Source: an uncultured SAR86 cluster bacterium (GTDB lineage Bacteria; Pseudomonadota; Gammaproteobacteria; Magnimaribacterales; AG-339-G14). From it: a DNA stretch of 64,000 nt. The translations under genes and the position numbers were made by a program. Numbering within the stretch: the first letter of the stretch is position 1; each line of letters starts with the position of its first letter. Location of the stretch: positions 8,170-72,169 of the forward strand of contig CACBTL010000002.1 of assembly GCA_902542145.1 (NCBI GenBank), given 5' to 3'. The notes beneath the pieces are model-generated. The model worked only from the letters and a program-made list of their open reading frames with translations. It made no database searches and was not told where the DNA came from. Of this stretch, positions 1 to 10,135 are shown piece after piece.

Positions 1-112
1 CAGAGATACAAAGCTCCTCTGATTCAATTACGTTCATCCCAGCTATAACGATGGCAGGATCCCTGTTGGATATTTTTCGATTATTTAATTGAACCTCAGT
101 AATTTGAACCAT
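1..112 (-). CDS. kdsA: 3-deoxy-8-phosphooctulonate synthase (KdsA), first 37 codons only; gene continues past the window start
   Basis: My own reverse-strand translation from ATG 112..110 gives MVQITEVQLNNRKISNRDPAIVIAGMNVIESEELCIS. The GMNV(I/L)ES N-terminal motif and the pyrG-kdsA order are typical of gammaproteobacteria. It is absent from the ORF track because the window edge truncates it. Confidence 0.7.
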   Translation of the reverse strand, partial: MVQITEVQLNNRKISNRDPAIVIAGMNVIESEELCIS

Positions 113-113
113 T

Positions 114-1751
<1,638 letters not shown>

Positions 1752-1773
1752 TTATCAGTATATCAGAAGAATC

Positions 1774-1794
1774 CAGATACTTCGCAAGTATCTG
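1774..1794. other. Perfect 9-bp stem / 3-nt loop hairpin in the spacer between the diiron gene and pyrG
   Basis: The sequence is CAGATACTT-CGC-AAGTATCTG. On the + strand it is followed by ATTTTG. On the transcribed (-) strand no U-tract follows it. Confidence 0.3.
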
Positions 1795-1811
1795 ATTTTG
1801 AGATCATTCAG

Positions 1812-2924
1812 TTAAATAGCTACGATTTCAGATTCTGAATTATCTTCTTTAGCATCAAGGGGTCTTTCAAGAGAAACCCAATCAATTTCGCCATCATTAG
1901 GCCATTTTTCTAAATCTAAGACACCCAAGTCATCGTATAGCGGTCTGACCTTATCTGTAATAAGACCTATCTTTGAAAGATTTGGCATTACTCTGGTGAA
2001 AAGTAAATGCTGAAAATTTGCAGTTACATCTGCTTTGCTCTGAAATGCAACCGTTTCATCAATATCCCATCCAAAATTAGAGTAAACGTCGGCAGCCATA
2101 AGTCTAGAACGCATTACCACAGCAGCTTCGTAAGCAAACATAGCACGATCTTCTCTCTCTTCTTCGGAAAGAGTTTGAACAAATTCTTCTAGATAATTCA
2201 CACCAAACGTTACGTGTCTGGCCTCATCTCTAGTAATTAGATAAAGCATATCCTTGAAAACCGGATCATTTGTTCCTTGTCTTGCAACATTAAATGCGGC
2301 TAGAGCTAAACCTTCGATAATGATTTGCATGCCTATAAATTTTAAATCCCATCTAGGGTCGGAAAGAATTTTATCAAGAAGAGATTTTAGGCCATGTCCT
2401 ATTGGATAAGATAGACCCACTCTTTTTTGAATATATTTATTGAAGGCTTCAACATGTCTTGCTTCATCAAAGGTTTGAGAAGCAGCATATAGTTTTGCAT
2501 TATAGGTTGGTGCACATGAAACTAATTGTGAGGCCACTAACAGTGCACCTTGTTCGCCATGAAGAAATTGGCTGATAGACCATGAAGCCCTGTGTTGAAG
2601 AAACTTGAATTTATCCTCAGTTGAAAGCTTTTGGTAAGGCTCATATTCGTCCCAGAAAATAGCAGGTGGATTGTCTTCTTTTTCTGGCAACGGTTGATCC
2701 CAATCAATATCCTTCTCTACATTCCAGTTCAACTCTTTTCCAAGCTCATAGAGTCTTTTAATACGATTATCTTGTATTGTGTAATCCCAATTGTAAGAAC
2801 CAGTCAGAGGAGTCTTAAAAATCTCTGCAACATCTTCAACTTCTTTTTCTGTTAAATTAAGATCATTATCTAAAGGAAATTCTAAAACCTTCCTTGGAGT
2901 TTCTTCTAATACTTTTATTTTCAT
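1812..2924 (-). CDS. Ferritin-like diiron-carboxylate protein (oxygenase/desaturase-type four-helix-bundle ligand pattern), function unknown
   Basis: There are two DEARH (ExxH) motifs, FDEARHVEAF and RDEARHVTF. Each is preceded by a candidate ligand Glu, in HGEQGAL and IIIEGLA. This E...ExxH...E...ExxH pattern is the class-I diiron signature. Confidence 0.6.
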   Translation of the reverse strand: MKIKVLEETPRKVLEFPLDNDLNLTEKEVEDVAEIFKTPLTGSYNWDYTIQDNRIKRLYELGKELNWNVEKDIDWDQPLPEKEDNPPAIFWDEYEPYQKLSTEDKFKFLQHRASWSISQFLHGEQGALLVASQLVSCAPTYNAKLYAASQTFDEARHVEAFNKYIQKRVGLSYPIGHGLKSLLDKILSDPRWDLKFIGMQIIIEGLALAAFNVARQGTNDPVFKDMLYLITRDEARHVTFGVNYLEEFVQTLSEEEREDRAMFAYEAAVVMRSRLMAADVYSNFGWDIDETVAFQSKADVTANFQHLLFTRVMPNLSKIGLITDKVRPLYDDLGVLDLEKWPNDGEIDWVSLERPLDAKEDNSESEIVAI

Positions 2925-2926
2925 AA

Positions 2927-4003
2927 TTATTTAATATATTTTCGCTTAACTCTTTTTGATAGTGAAGTCATAAAAGAGTATGCAATATTATCTGTCAACG
3001 AAGCCAACTCGTCTACTTTAAGATCTTTTCCCCATAAGATTATATCCTCCCCTACATTCACTTTTTTGTTAGGAAGTTCAACAGCTATTAGATCCATAGC
3101 TACCCTTCCTATTACTTTAGCCTTAGCTTTATTAATTAAAACATAACCCTTGTTACCATAATTCAAAGGGATACCGTCTGAATATCCTATTGGTATGATT
3201 CCTATTGAGGTATTTTTTTTTGCTTGCCATAAGCCGTCATAACCAACTGTTTCTCCTTTTTTGATATCTTTAATAGCAATAATTTTTGAAACTAACGTAG
3301 TCACATTTTTTAACCTAAAATTTTTAGATTGATTGTGAAAATGACTTCCGTACAAAGACAAACCCGGTCTTTCTATATCTGAAGATAAGTCATCAAAATT
3401 AAGAATTCCGCCTGAATTTGAAACGCTAGTGAGGAAATTGTGCTGCTTCTGTTTTAAATTTAAAGTTGTTTTTGTAAATAAATTAAATTGTTTATTAGTT
3501 ACCTTTCTAGACATTTTTTTTCCAGATGAAGATTTAAGGTGGGTCATCAAGACTATCTTTTTTGAAAAGGGTTTTAGCCTATACATCATATTTTCGATTT
3601 CATTTTGCATAAAACCTAGCCTGTTCATACCTGTATCAAATTTAAGCCATAAAGAAGGGAAAGAAAGTTTTAGCTTCTCCAAAAGACCAATTTGTTCCTC
3701 ATTATGAATAACTAATTCTAGTTTATGAGAATGAGCTAGTTTTAAATCTTGCTTATCATAAAAACCTTGCAAGCATAAAAGGGGTTTATTTGAAAATTCT
3801 CTGAATTCATCTGCTTCTTCAATTGTAGCTACACAAAATCCATCCGAATTTTTTAGTGCCCCAACAACTTTCTCTACGCCATGCCCATAAGCATTAGATT
3901 TAACAACAGAATAAATTTGAGACTTAGGACAATGTTTCTTAACAACATTAAAGTTATGCTCAATCGATGAAAGATCTATAATTGCAGTTGTTGGCCTTGG
4001 CAA
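2927..4003 (-). CDS. alr: Alanine racemase
   Basis: It has the PLP-lysine motif VVKSNAYGHG, is 358 aa long, and shows dnaB-alr synteny. Confidence 0.9.
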   Translation of the reverse strand: MPRPTTAIIDLSSIEHNFNVVKKHCPKSQIYSVVKSNAYGHGVEKVVGALKNSDGFCVATIEEADEFREFSNKPLLCLQGFYDKQDLKLAHSHKLELVIHNEEQIGLLEKLKLSFPSLWLKFDTGMNRLGFMQNEIENMMYRLKPFSKKIVLMTHLKSSSGKKMSRKVTNKQFNLFTKTTLNLKQKQHNFLTSVSNSGGILNFDDLSSDIERPGLSLYGSHFHNQSKNFRLKNVTTLVSKIIAIKDIKKGETVGYDGLWQAKKNTSIGIIPIGYSDGIPLNYGNKGYVLINKAKAKVIGRVAMDLIAVELPNKKVNVGEDIILWGKDLKVDELASLTDNIAYSFMTSLSKRVKRKYIK

Positions 4004-4006
4004 ATC

Positions 4007-5425
4007 TCAATCCTCATAATTCGTTGGCATTGACATTGCTGGGTCGTTATCTGCTAAGTTTTCAAACTTTATTATATTGGATGCAAAATGAAGTTTCACT
4101 TTTCCAGTTTTCCCATTTCTATGCTTAGCGATATTCACTTCAGCTAAACCTTTGTTTTCTGGAGTCTCATTATAGTATTCATCTCTGTATACAAAGGCTA
4201 CTAAGTCAGCATCTTGTTCTAAAGCACCAGACTCTCTTAAATCTGACATAAGAGGTCTTTTGTTATTTCTATTTTCAACAGCACGGTTAAGTTGTGATAA
4301 TGCGATTACGGTAATATCTAAATCTCTTGCTAAAGATTTTACTGATCTAGATATCTCACTCATCTCAGTAACTCTATTTTCAGAGTTTCTATCAGAATTC
4401 ATAAGCTGAAGATAATCAATAATTATCAGCCCTAGGTCAGGATTTTCTCTTTTGACTTTTCTAGCACGCGAAATCAACTCAGATGGACTAAGGCCAGGCG
4501 TGTCATCTATAAATAATTTTGACTTACTAAGTATGGTTGAAGCATCATCAATATCTCTAAAATCCTCTTCTGAGAGGTTTTTGGCTTCTTGAAGTCTCTT
4601 GAAATCTACCCTAGAAAAAGATGAAAAAAGCCTATACATGATGGATCTTGATGACATTTCCATACTGAAAAGAAGAACAGGAACTTCATCAATAAGTAAA
4701 TTGCAAGCAATGCTCATTGCAAAAGCAGTCTTACCCATCCCCGGTCTGCCAGCAATAATAAATAAATCTCCTTTCTGAAGCCCCATTGTTAGGTTATCGA
4801 TATATTTAAAGCCAGTACTATGACCAACCAGGGGTCCCGATGACTTTAAATTTATATCGATGTTTTCGTAGACTGGACCAACTAGATCTTTAGCTATTTG
4901 CGGTCCGCTTTTTCTTTCAATTGAATCTCTTAATTTTAAAATCTTATCTTCAGCTTTAGTAATTGCATCATCACTGCTGAAACTATCTGTAGTAAACGCA
5001 GTTGATGAAATTTCATCAGCAGTTTCAATAAGTTTTCTTAAACTAGACGTCTGTTTAACTATATCAACATAATTAGAAAAGTTTGAGGTTCCAGGAGTTT
5101 CTTCAAACAAATCTTTGATGTAAGAAGAAAAATTTAAATTTGAATTTTTTTTGATTTCTTCATCTGAAGAAACAGCTTCTATGAGAGTTAGAGTGTCTAA
5201 TTGAGTGCCTTGGTCTGAAAGCTTTTTAATGGCTCTATAAATTATTTTATTTTCTGTTTGAGTAAAATCTTTTTCCTCAATTTGAGTTACAAGATCATCC
5301 CATAAATTAGGCTCCAAAAGGAGACAGCCCAAAGCTGCTTTTTCTGCTTGTATTGATGAAGGTAAGGAATTTTTATCTAAGTTCTTCACGTTTTCTATTC
5401 TCCCATTCGAATAATTAGAAAACAA
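4007..5425 (-). CDS. dnaB: Replicative DNA helicase DnaB
   Basis: It has the Walker A motif GRPGMGKTAF, plus IIIDYLQLM and ALSQLNR. It is 472 aa with no intein. Confidence 0.95.
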   Translation of the reverse strand: MFSNYSNGRIENVKNLDKNSLPSSIQAEKAALGCLLLEPNLWDDLVTQIEEKDFTQTENKIIYRAIKKLSDQGTQLDTLTLIEAVSSDEEIKKNSNLNFSSYIKDLFEETPGTSNFSNYVDIVKQTSSLRKLIETADEISSTAFTTDSFSSDDAITKAEDKILKLRDSIERKSGPQIAKDLVGPVYENIDINLKSSGPLVGHSTGFKYIDNLTMGLQKGDLFIIAGRPGMGKTAFAMSIACNLLIDEVPVLLFSMEMSSRSIMYRLFSSFSRVDFKRLQEAKNLSEEDFRDIDDASTILSKSKLFIDDTPGLSPSELISRARKVKRENPDLGLIIIDYLQLMNSDRNSENRVTEMSEISRSVKSLARDLDITVIALSQLNRAVENRNNKRPLMSDLRESGALEQDADLVAFVYRDEYYNETPENKGLAEVNIAKHRNGKTGKVKLHFASNIIKFENLADNDPAMSMPTNYED

Positions 5426-5431
5426 TGAAAA

Positions 5432-5881
5432 TTATTCCTCCCGAGAAACTTTTATATTTATTTTGGCTATAACTTCAGGATGCAATTCTATATCTATCTC
5501 AAAATCACCAAGGTCTTTAATTGGTCCTTCAGGAAGTCTGATAGCCTGTTTATCTAAGTCGAAACCAGCAGTTGTAATTTTCTCAATAATTTCGTTGGTC
5601 CCTACAGAGCCATAAAGTGTATTTTCTTCAGTAACAGCAGATACAATTTCAAAATTCTGTCCATTCAGTTTTTCATAAACAGATTGCGCAGAAGCTTTCT
5701 TTGATTCTTCGGCAGCAAGAATTTGAGTTTTCTCTGCCTCATATTTCTCCATATTTTCTTTATTAGCTGCAATCGCTTTTTTGCCGGGTAAAAGAAAATT
5801 TCTACCATATCCAGATTTAACTGTAACAAGATCGCCTGGAGCTCCAAGGCCGGTGATTCTCTCTAATAAAATAACTTTCAT
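5432..5881 (-). CDS. rplI: 50S ribosomal protein L9
   Basis: The N-terminus MKVILLERITGLG...VKSGYGRNFLLP matches L9, and it follows rpsR. Confidence 0.95.
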   Translation of the reverse strand: MKVILLERITGLGAPGDLVTVKSGYGRNFLLPGKKAIAANKENMEKYEAEKTQILAAEESKKASAQSVYEKLNGQNFEIVSAVTEENTLYGSVGTNEIIEKITTAGFDLDKQAIRLPEGPIKDLGDFEIDIELHPEVIAKINIKVSREE

Positions 5882-5884
5882 TTC

Positions 5885-6154
5885 TTAGGAATAATGACTA
5901 TCTGTGTAGGGAAGAAGAGCAAGCTGTCTTGCTCTCTTGATAGCAGTTTCTAATTGCCTTTGATACTTTGCAGATGTTCCTGTAAGTCTTGCAGGAAGAA
6001 TTTTCCCATTTTCATTTATGAAGTCTCTTAAAAGATTTACGTCTTTATAATCAATCTGCTTGACACCAGCAGCAGTAAATCTGCATTTTCTTGATTGCTT
6101 TACTAAAGGCTCTAGACCAGTATTTTTCTTTCTTGTGTCTTTTTTCCTTCTCAT
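5885..6154 (-). CDS. rpsR: 30S ribosomal protein S18
   Basis: It carries the [23 protein letters not shown]...AKYQRQL...LLPYTD motifs. An ATGA overlap joins it to the rpsF stop. Confidence 0.95.
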   Translation of the reverse strand: MRRKKDTRKKNTGLEPLVKQSRKCRFTAAGVKQIDYKDVNLLRDFINENGKILPARLTGTSAKYQRQLETAIKRARQLALLPYTDSHYS

Positions 6155-6711
6155 GTTGCACCTTTGTCTTCTTTTGATTCGTTTTCTGTTTCTACTTTCG
6201 TTTCATCACCATCATTATTTTTTTCAGAATTGTCTGTTTCATCTGAAGTATCATCTGATTGATCGGCTTTTTCTTTCGCCTTAGCTTCTTTATCAGAAGT
6301 GGATTCGTCTATATCTTTCGTTGCCTCTTTAAGAGTATTATCATTTTTAATAGAGGCTTCGTATTCCTCAAGTTGAGTATCCCCATCTTCTTGAGTTTGT
6401 TTTAAGAGTGAAGAAGGTTCTGTTTCAGTCTCATCTTTTCTGACAATCAGATGTCTAAGAATTGCGTCGTTATATTTAAAAGATTCTTTGAGGCTATCAA
6501 TTTGATCAGAATCACAGGTAACATTTATACAAAAGTAATTTGCTTTGTAACAATCTTGAATAGGATAAGCTAACTTTCGAGAACCGATATTCTCAGATCT
6601 ATCTATAGTTCCATTGGAAGATTTAATTTGGTCGCAATACTTATTTAATATTGCCTCAGATTCTGATTTTTGATCAGGATGAACTAAAAAAACAATTTCG
6701 TAACGATTCAT
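6151..6711 (-). CDS. rpsF: 30S ribosomal protein S6 with an unusually long acidic C-terminal tail
   Basis: The S6 core begins [14 protein letters not shown]. From about residue 101 onward the C-terminus is D/E/K/T/S low-complexity sequence. The protein is 186 aa. Confidence 0.9.
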   Translation of the reverse strand: MNRYEIVFLVHPDQKSESEAILNKYCDQIKSSNGTIDRSENIGSRKLAYPIQDCYKANYFCINVTCDSDQIDSLKESFKYNDAILRHLIVRKDETETEPSSLLKQTQEDGDTQLEEYEASIKNDNTLKEATKDIDESTSDKEAKAKEKADQSDDTSDETDNSEKNNDGDETKVETENESKEDKGAT

Positions 6712-6777
6712 ATTTTTCTTATGGTTTATAGCTAAAAATTTTAAATCTCAGCAAGAAAGATTGCGATTCTAGAGAAA

Positions 6778-7695
6778 TTAAGCTTTTTTGGCAAGAGCAT
6801 CATCCATAATGCTCTCTAGTAATTCAAAATAGCTAATGCCGGAGAGATGGGATGATTTTGGAACTAGACTTGTTTCCGTCATACCGGGAACCGAGTTAAG
6901 TTCTATAAAGAAATAATCTATGCCATCATCAATAATATCAATGCGGCCCCAATTTTCTGCACCGACAAGTTCATATGCATTAATTACGAGATTGTTCAAA
7001 GTATCCAACCTTTCTGATTCTATCGCGTACTCTAAATATTTTGTCTTATTGGAAATATATTTGGCATCAAAATCATAAAACTCACCTTCTGGAATAATAT
7101 GAATTGGCCTAAGGCATCTTTTATTAATTATCGGTACCGTTATTTCTTTTCCATCTATAAACCTTTCAATTAATACTGAATCATCATATTTTTTAGCTAG
7201 ATTAATTTTTTTTTGAAAATCCTCTTTACCTTCAATGGTGTTATGAAAGGAAATACCGTTAGAAGATCCCTCTAAATTTGGCTTTATTACCCACTTTTCG
7301 AATGAGGATAAATTATCTATTAGAAAGTTTTCCTCATAGATAAAATATTCAGGTGTTTTAATATTGTTTTTCTTCCAAATTTCTTTGGTCTTTATTTTAT
7401 TCATCGTAATTCTGGAAGACTGCGAATTTGATCCAGTAAATACAATCTCATTTTCCTCAAAGAACTTTTGAATTTCTCCATCTTCCCCTCCTCTACCGTG
7501 AAGCAAAATAAAAACTAGATCGAACTTAGAATATAGCTCCTTTTTAAATGCTTCATTTGCAGTTTTGACATCAATTTTTGAAACTTCATAACCGTTTTCT
7601 TTAAGACATTTGTATACCGAATCCCCGCTCTTTAATGAAATGAGTCTTTCCTCTGACCAACCGCCGCATAGTACTGCAATATTTTTTTTTATCAT
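6778..7695 (-). CDS. ddl: D-alanine--D-alanine ligase
   Basis: It has the GGWSEERLISLKSG and ELNSVPGMTETS motifs and sits after murC. Confidence 0.9.
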   Translation of the reverse strand: MIKKNIAVLCGGWSEERLISLKSGDSVYKCLKENGYEVSKIDVKTANEAFKKELYSKFDLVFILLHGRGGEDGEIQKFFEENEIVFTGSNSQSSRITMNKIKTKEIWKKNNIKTPEYFIYEENFLIDNLSSFEKWVIKPNLEGSSNGISFHNTIEGKEDFQKKINLAKKYDDSVLIERFIDGKEITVPIINKRCLRPIHIIPEGEFYDFDAKYISNKTKYLEYAIESERLDTLNNLVINAYELVGAENWGRIDIIDDGIDYFFIELNSVPGMTETSLVPKSSHLSGISYFELLESIMDDALAKKA

Positions 7696-9065
7696 TGATT
7701 TGATATCTTTCTTGCAAGTTCTGAGGTCGTCCCTGCTCCTTGAGTTATGATGACCTCATTTCCAGAGGTCATATTTTCAAGTTTTTCAATTACCTCAGTA
7801 TGATTTTGACAAAATACTACGTTTGAGCCATTTTTTTTTAGAGCATGAAATAGATCTTTGCCTTCATAGCCTTTAATTATCTTTTCGCTTGCAGGATAAA
7901 TATCAAGCAATAGAAGGTTTTCTATATTTGAAAGAGTTTTTATGAATTCATCAAAAAGATCTTTGGTTCGCGTGTATCTATGCGGTTGAAAAACAACAAT
8001 CTTTTTTTTGTTTTTCCATATTTCTGATGCTGTGTCGTAAGAATAATTGATCTCTTTGGGATGATGACCGTAATCATCTACAAGAGTAATCTTTTTTGAA
8101 AAGATATCATGAGAAATAATCTCAAAACGTCTTTCAATTGAGGAGCAAGTTTTGAGCGATTTTTTTATGATAGACACATCAATGTTTTCTTGAATAGCGG
8201 CAATAATCGCAGATGTTGCATTCATTACATTATGTTCACCATGCATTGACATGGAGAAGCTATAATCTTTTTTAACGAAATTATCTTTCAACTTAAAACT
8301 TGTCCCTCCGATGTTTTGTTTTATGTCTTTGATTTGATAGTCGTTATTTTTATCTTTTCCAAAGGAAAATGAATTCCGAGGTATGTTTTTAATAATATTT
8401 TTAATCGTTTGATCATCGCCATTTGCAATTAAGTAGCCTTGAAATGGCAATGAAAGACAAAATTTTTTAAAAGATTTTTTTAAATTGTTAAAGTTATTGC
8501 CATAAGTACCTAAATGATCGTTATCTATATTTGTAACTAAAGCTTTCAGAGGCCTGAGGTTTAAGAAAGATCCATCACTCTCGTCAGCTTCCGCAATGAT
8601 ATGCTCGCCAAGACCTAATTTGGCATTTGATTCAAAAGACTTTACTTTGCCTCCAATGATGTAAGTAGGATCAAGACCTGCCTCGGTGAAAATATGTGCC
8701 ATTATGCAAGTCACGGTTGTTTTTCCATGACTGCCTGCAACCGCAATGCTATTTTTAAGCATCATAAGATTGGCCAACATTTCAGCTCTAGGAATAACTG
8801 GTATGCCCAGAGAAATTGCTTTTTTAAGCTCAATATTTGTTTTTGATATTGCTGATGAAATCACTACAAGATCTTTTTTTAAGACATTATTTACTTTGTG
8901 GCCTTTAAAAATCTTTACCCCTAGATTTTTTAGTCTTTTTGTCACGTTTGTATCCTCGAGATCACTTCCTGAGACAGAATAGTCTTGATTATGAAGAATT
9001 TCTGCAATTCCGCTCATACCTGCTCCACCGATTCCAATTAGATGAATATTTTTTATGCTGGACAT
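7692..9065 (-). CDS. murC: UDP-N-acetylmuramate--L-alanine ligase
   Basis: It has the HLIGIGGAGMSGIAE and GSHGKTTV motifs and is 457 aa. Confidence 0.95.
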   Translation of the reverse strand: MSSIKNIHLIGIGGAGMSGIAEILHNQDYSVSGSDLEDTNVTKRLKNLGVKIFKGHKVNNVLKKDLVVISSAISKTNIELKKAISLGIPVIPRAEMLANLMMLKNSIAVAGSHGKTTVTCIMAHIFTEAGLDPTYIIGGKVKSFESNAKLGLGEHIIAEADESDGSFLNLRPLKALVTNIDNDHLGTYGNNFNNLKKSFKKFCLSLPFQGYLIANGDDQTIKNIIKNIPRNSFSFGKDKNNDYQIKDIKQNIGGTSFKLKDNFVKKDYSFSMSMHGEHNVMNATSAIIAAIQENIDVSIIKKSLKTCSSIERRFEIISHDIFSKKITLVDDYGHHPKEINYSYDTASEIWKNKKKIVVFQPHRYTRTKDLFDEFIKTLSNIENLLLLDIYPASEKIIKGYEGKDLFHALKKNGSNVVFCQNHTEVIEKLENMTSGNEVIITQGAGTTSELARKISNQ

Positions 9066-10135
9066 TAGATATTTAAATTATCAATGATAATTTTCGAGGA
9101 GTCAGTAAATGAATTCTTATTAAGTTGATCATAATAACTTTTTACAGAAGTATTATCTAAAATTGATTCTCTGAGGCTTGATATCAAATTATTAATATCG
9201 GAATCTTGTTCAAAGACCTTTCCAAATCCTCTTTCTTCAAAAAATTTTGCATTTAAAATTTGGTGATTATCAATTGAGTTTGGAATTGGGATTATAAATG
9301 CTGATCTTCTAACCTTGATCAATTCTGATACTGTCAACGCGCCGCCCCTACAAATGACAACATCGCTCCATTCATATGCTTCTCTCATATCATCTATAAA
9401 TTCGCTTATTGTGAACTGGTTATTTACATTATTTTTCTTATAAGCTTCTTGGGTGATTTTTCTATGTTTTAATCCACACTGATGACGTATTTTCAAGCTG
9501 TTCCTATTAATTCCTCCGAGAACTTTTGGAACCAGATGATTTAAAAAATCTGAACCTTGGCTGCCTCCAATTATTAGAAGGTTGTTGAACTGATCAATAT
9601 TTTTTTGTTTTAAACCTAAAAGTTCATCTCGAATAGGATTGCCACTATCAACAAGAAAATTGACTTTAGTTTTATTGAAATAATCAGACGCCTGACCGAA
9701 GCCCAGAAATACTTTATCAAGATATTTTAACTTTGAAAGAATCCTTATTGCAGATCCAGGTATTGAATTTTGCTCTTGTGCATAGATTGTTCTTAAAGGG
9801 AAAAATAAAGCGATCAATGAAGTGTATCCTCCAAAAACAATCATTTGATCATTCTGACTGGAGAAAACTCTATATTTGAAAAAAAATTTCAATCCAGATC
9901 GAAATAGTTTTAGAACTGAAGAAAGTTTGTTAATAAAGCCCTTTCCTCTAAAGCCTACCAAATCATATTCTATAAATTTGATGCCAAGCTTTTTACATAT
10001 ATTCTTCTCAGGTCCTCTGGCTGTGCCAATCCAGATTATGGAGATATCTTTTTTTAATAAATCTCTCGCAATTTGCTCAGCAGGAAATACATGACCTCCT
10101 GTTCCTCCAGCAACTATGAAGAATTTTTTAGAAAT
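9065..10135 (-). CDS. murG: Undecaprenyldiphospho-muramoylpentapeptide beta-N-acetylglucosaminyltransferase MurG; start extended beyond the ORF-track TTG
   Basis: The frame is open upstream of the track start at 9961. It encodes ISKKFFIVAGGTGGHVFPAEQIARDLLKKDISIIWIGTARGPEKNICKKLGIKFIEYDL, then VGFRGKG. The GGTGGH motif is the MurG N-terminal signature. No ATG, GTG or TTG lies between the upstream in-frame TGA and 9961, so I propose ATT 10135..10133 as the start. Confidence 0.8.
   Translation of the reverse strand: MSKKFFIVAGGTGGHVFPAEQIARDLLKKDISIIWIGTARGPEKNICKKLGIKFIEYDLVGFRGKGFINKLSSVLKLFRSGLKFFFKYRVFSSQNDQMIVFGGYTSLIALFFPLRTIYAQEQNSIPGSAIRILSKLKYLDKVFLGFGQASDYFNKTKVNFLVDSGNPIRDELLGLKQKNIDQFNNLLIIGGSQGSDFLNHLVPKVLGGINRNSLKIRHQCGLKHRKITQEAYKKNNVNNQFTISEFIDDMREAYEWSDVVICRGGALTVSELIKVRRSAFIIPIPNSIDNHQILNAKFFEERGFGKVFEQDSDINNLISSLRESILDNTSVKSYYDQLNKNSFTDSSKIIIDNLNI

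Noticed and set aside
6712-6777. A possible rpsF promoter (TTGCTG-18 nt-TATAAA) and a 4-bp GCAA/TTGC stem between ddl and rpsF. Similar weak -10/-35 matches lie upstream of rplM and the DegS-like gene (28790..28857) and upstream of tRNA-Met (53354..53382).
   Set aside because: In DNA this AT-rich, TATAAT-like hexamers occur by chance. Spacing and -35 quality are poor and the stem is trivial, so these are not supportable as features.
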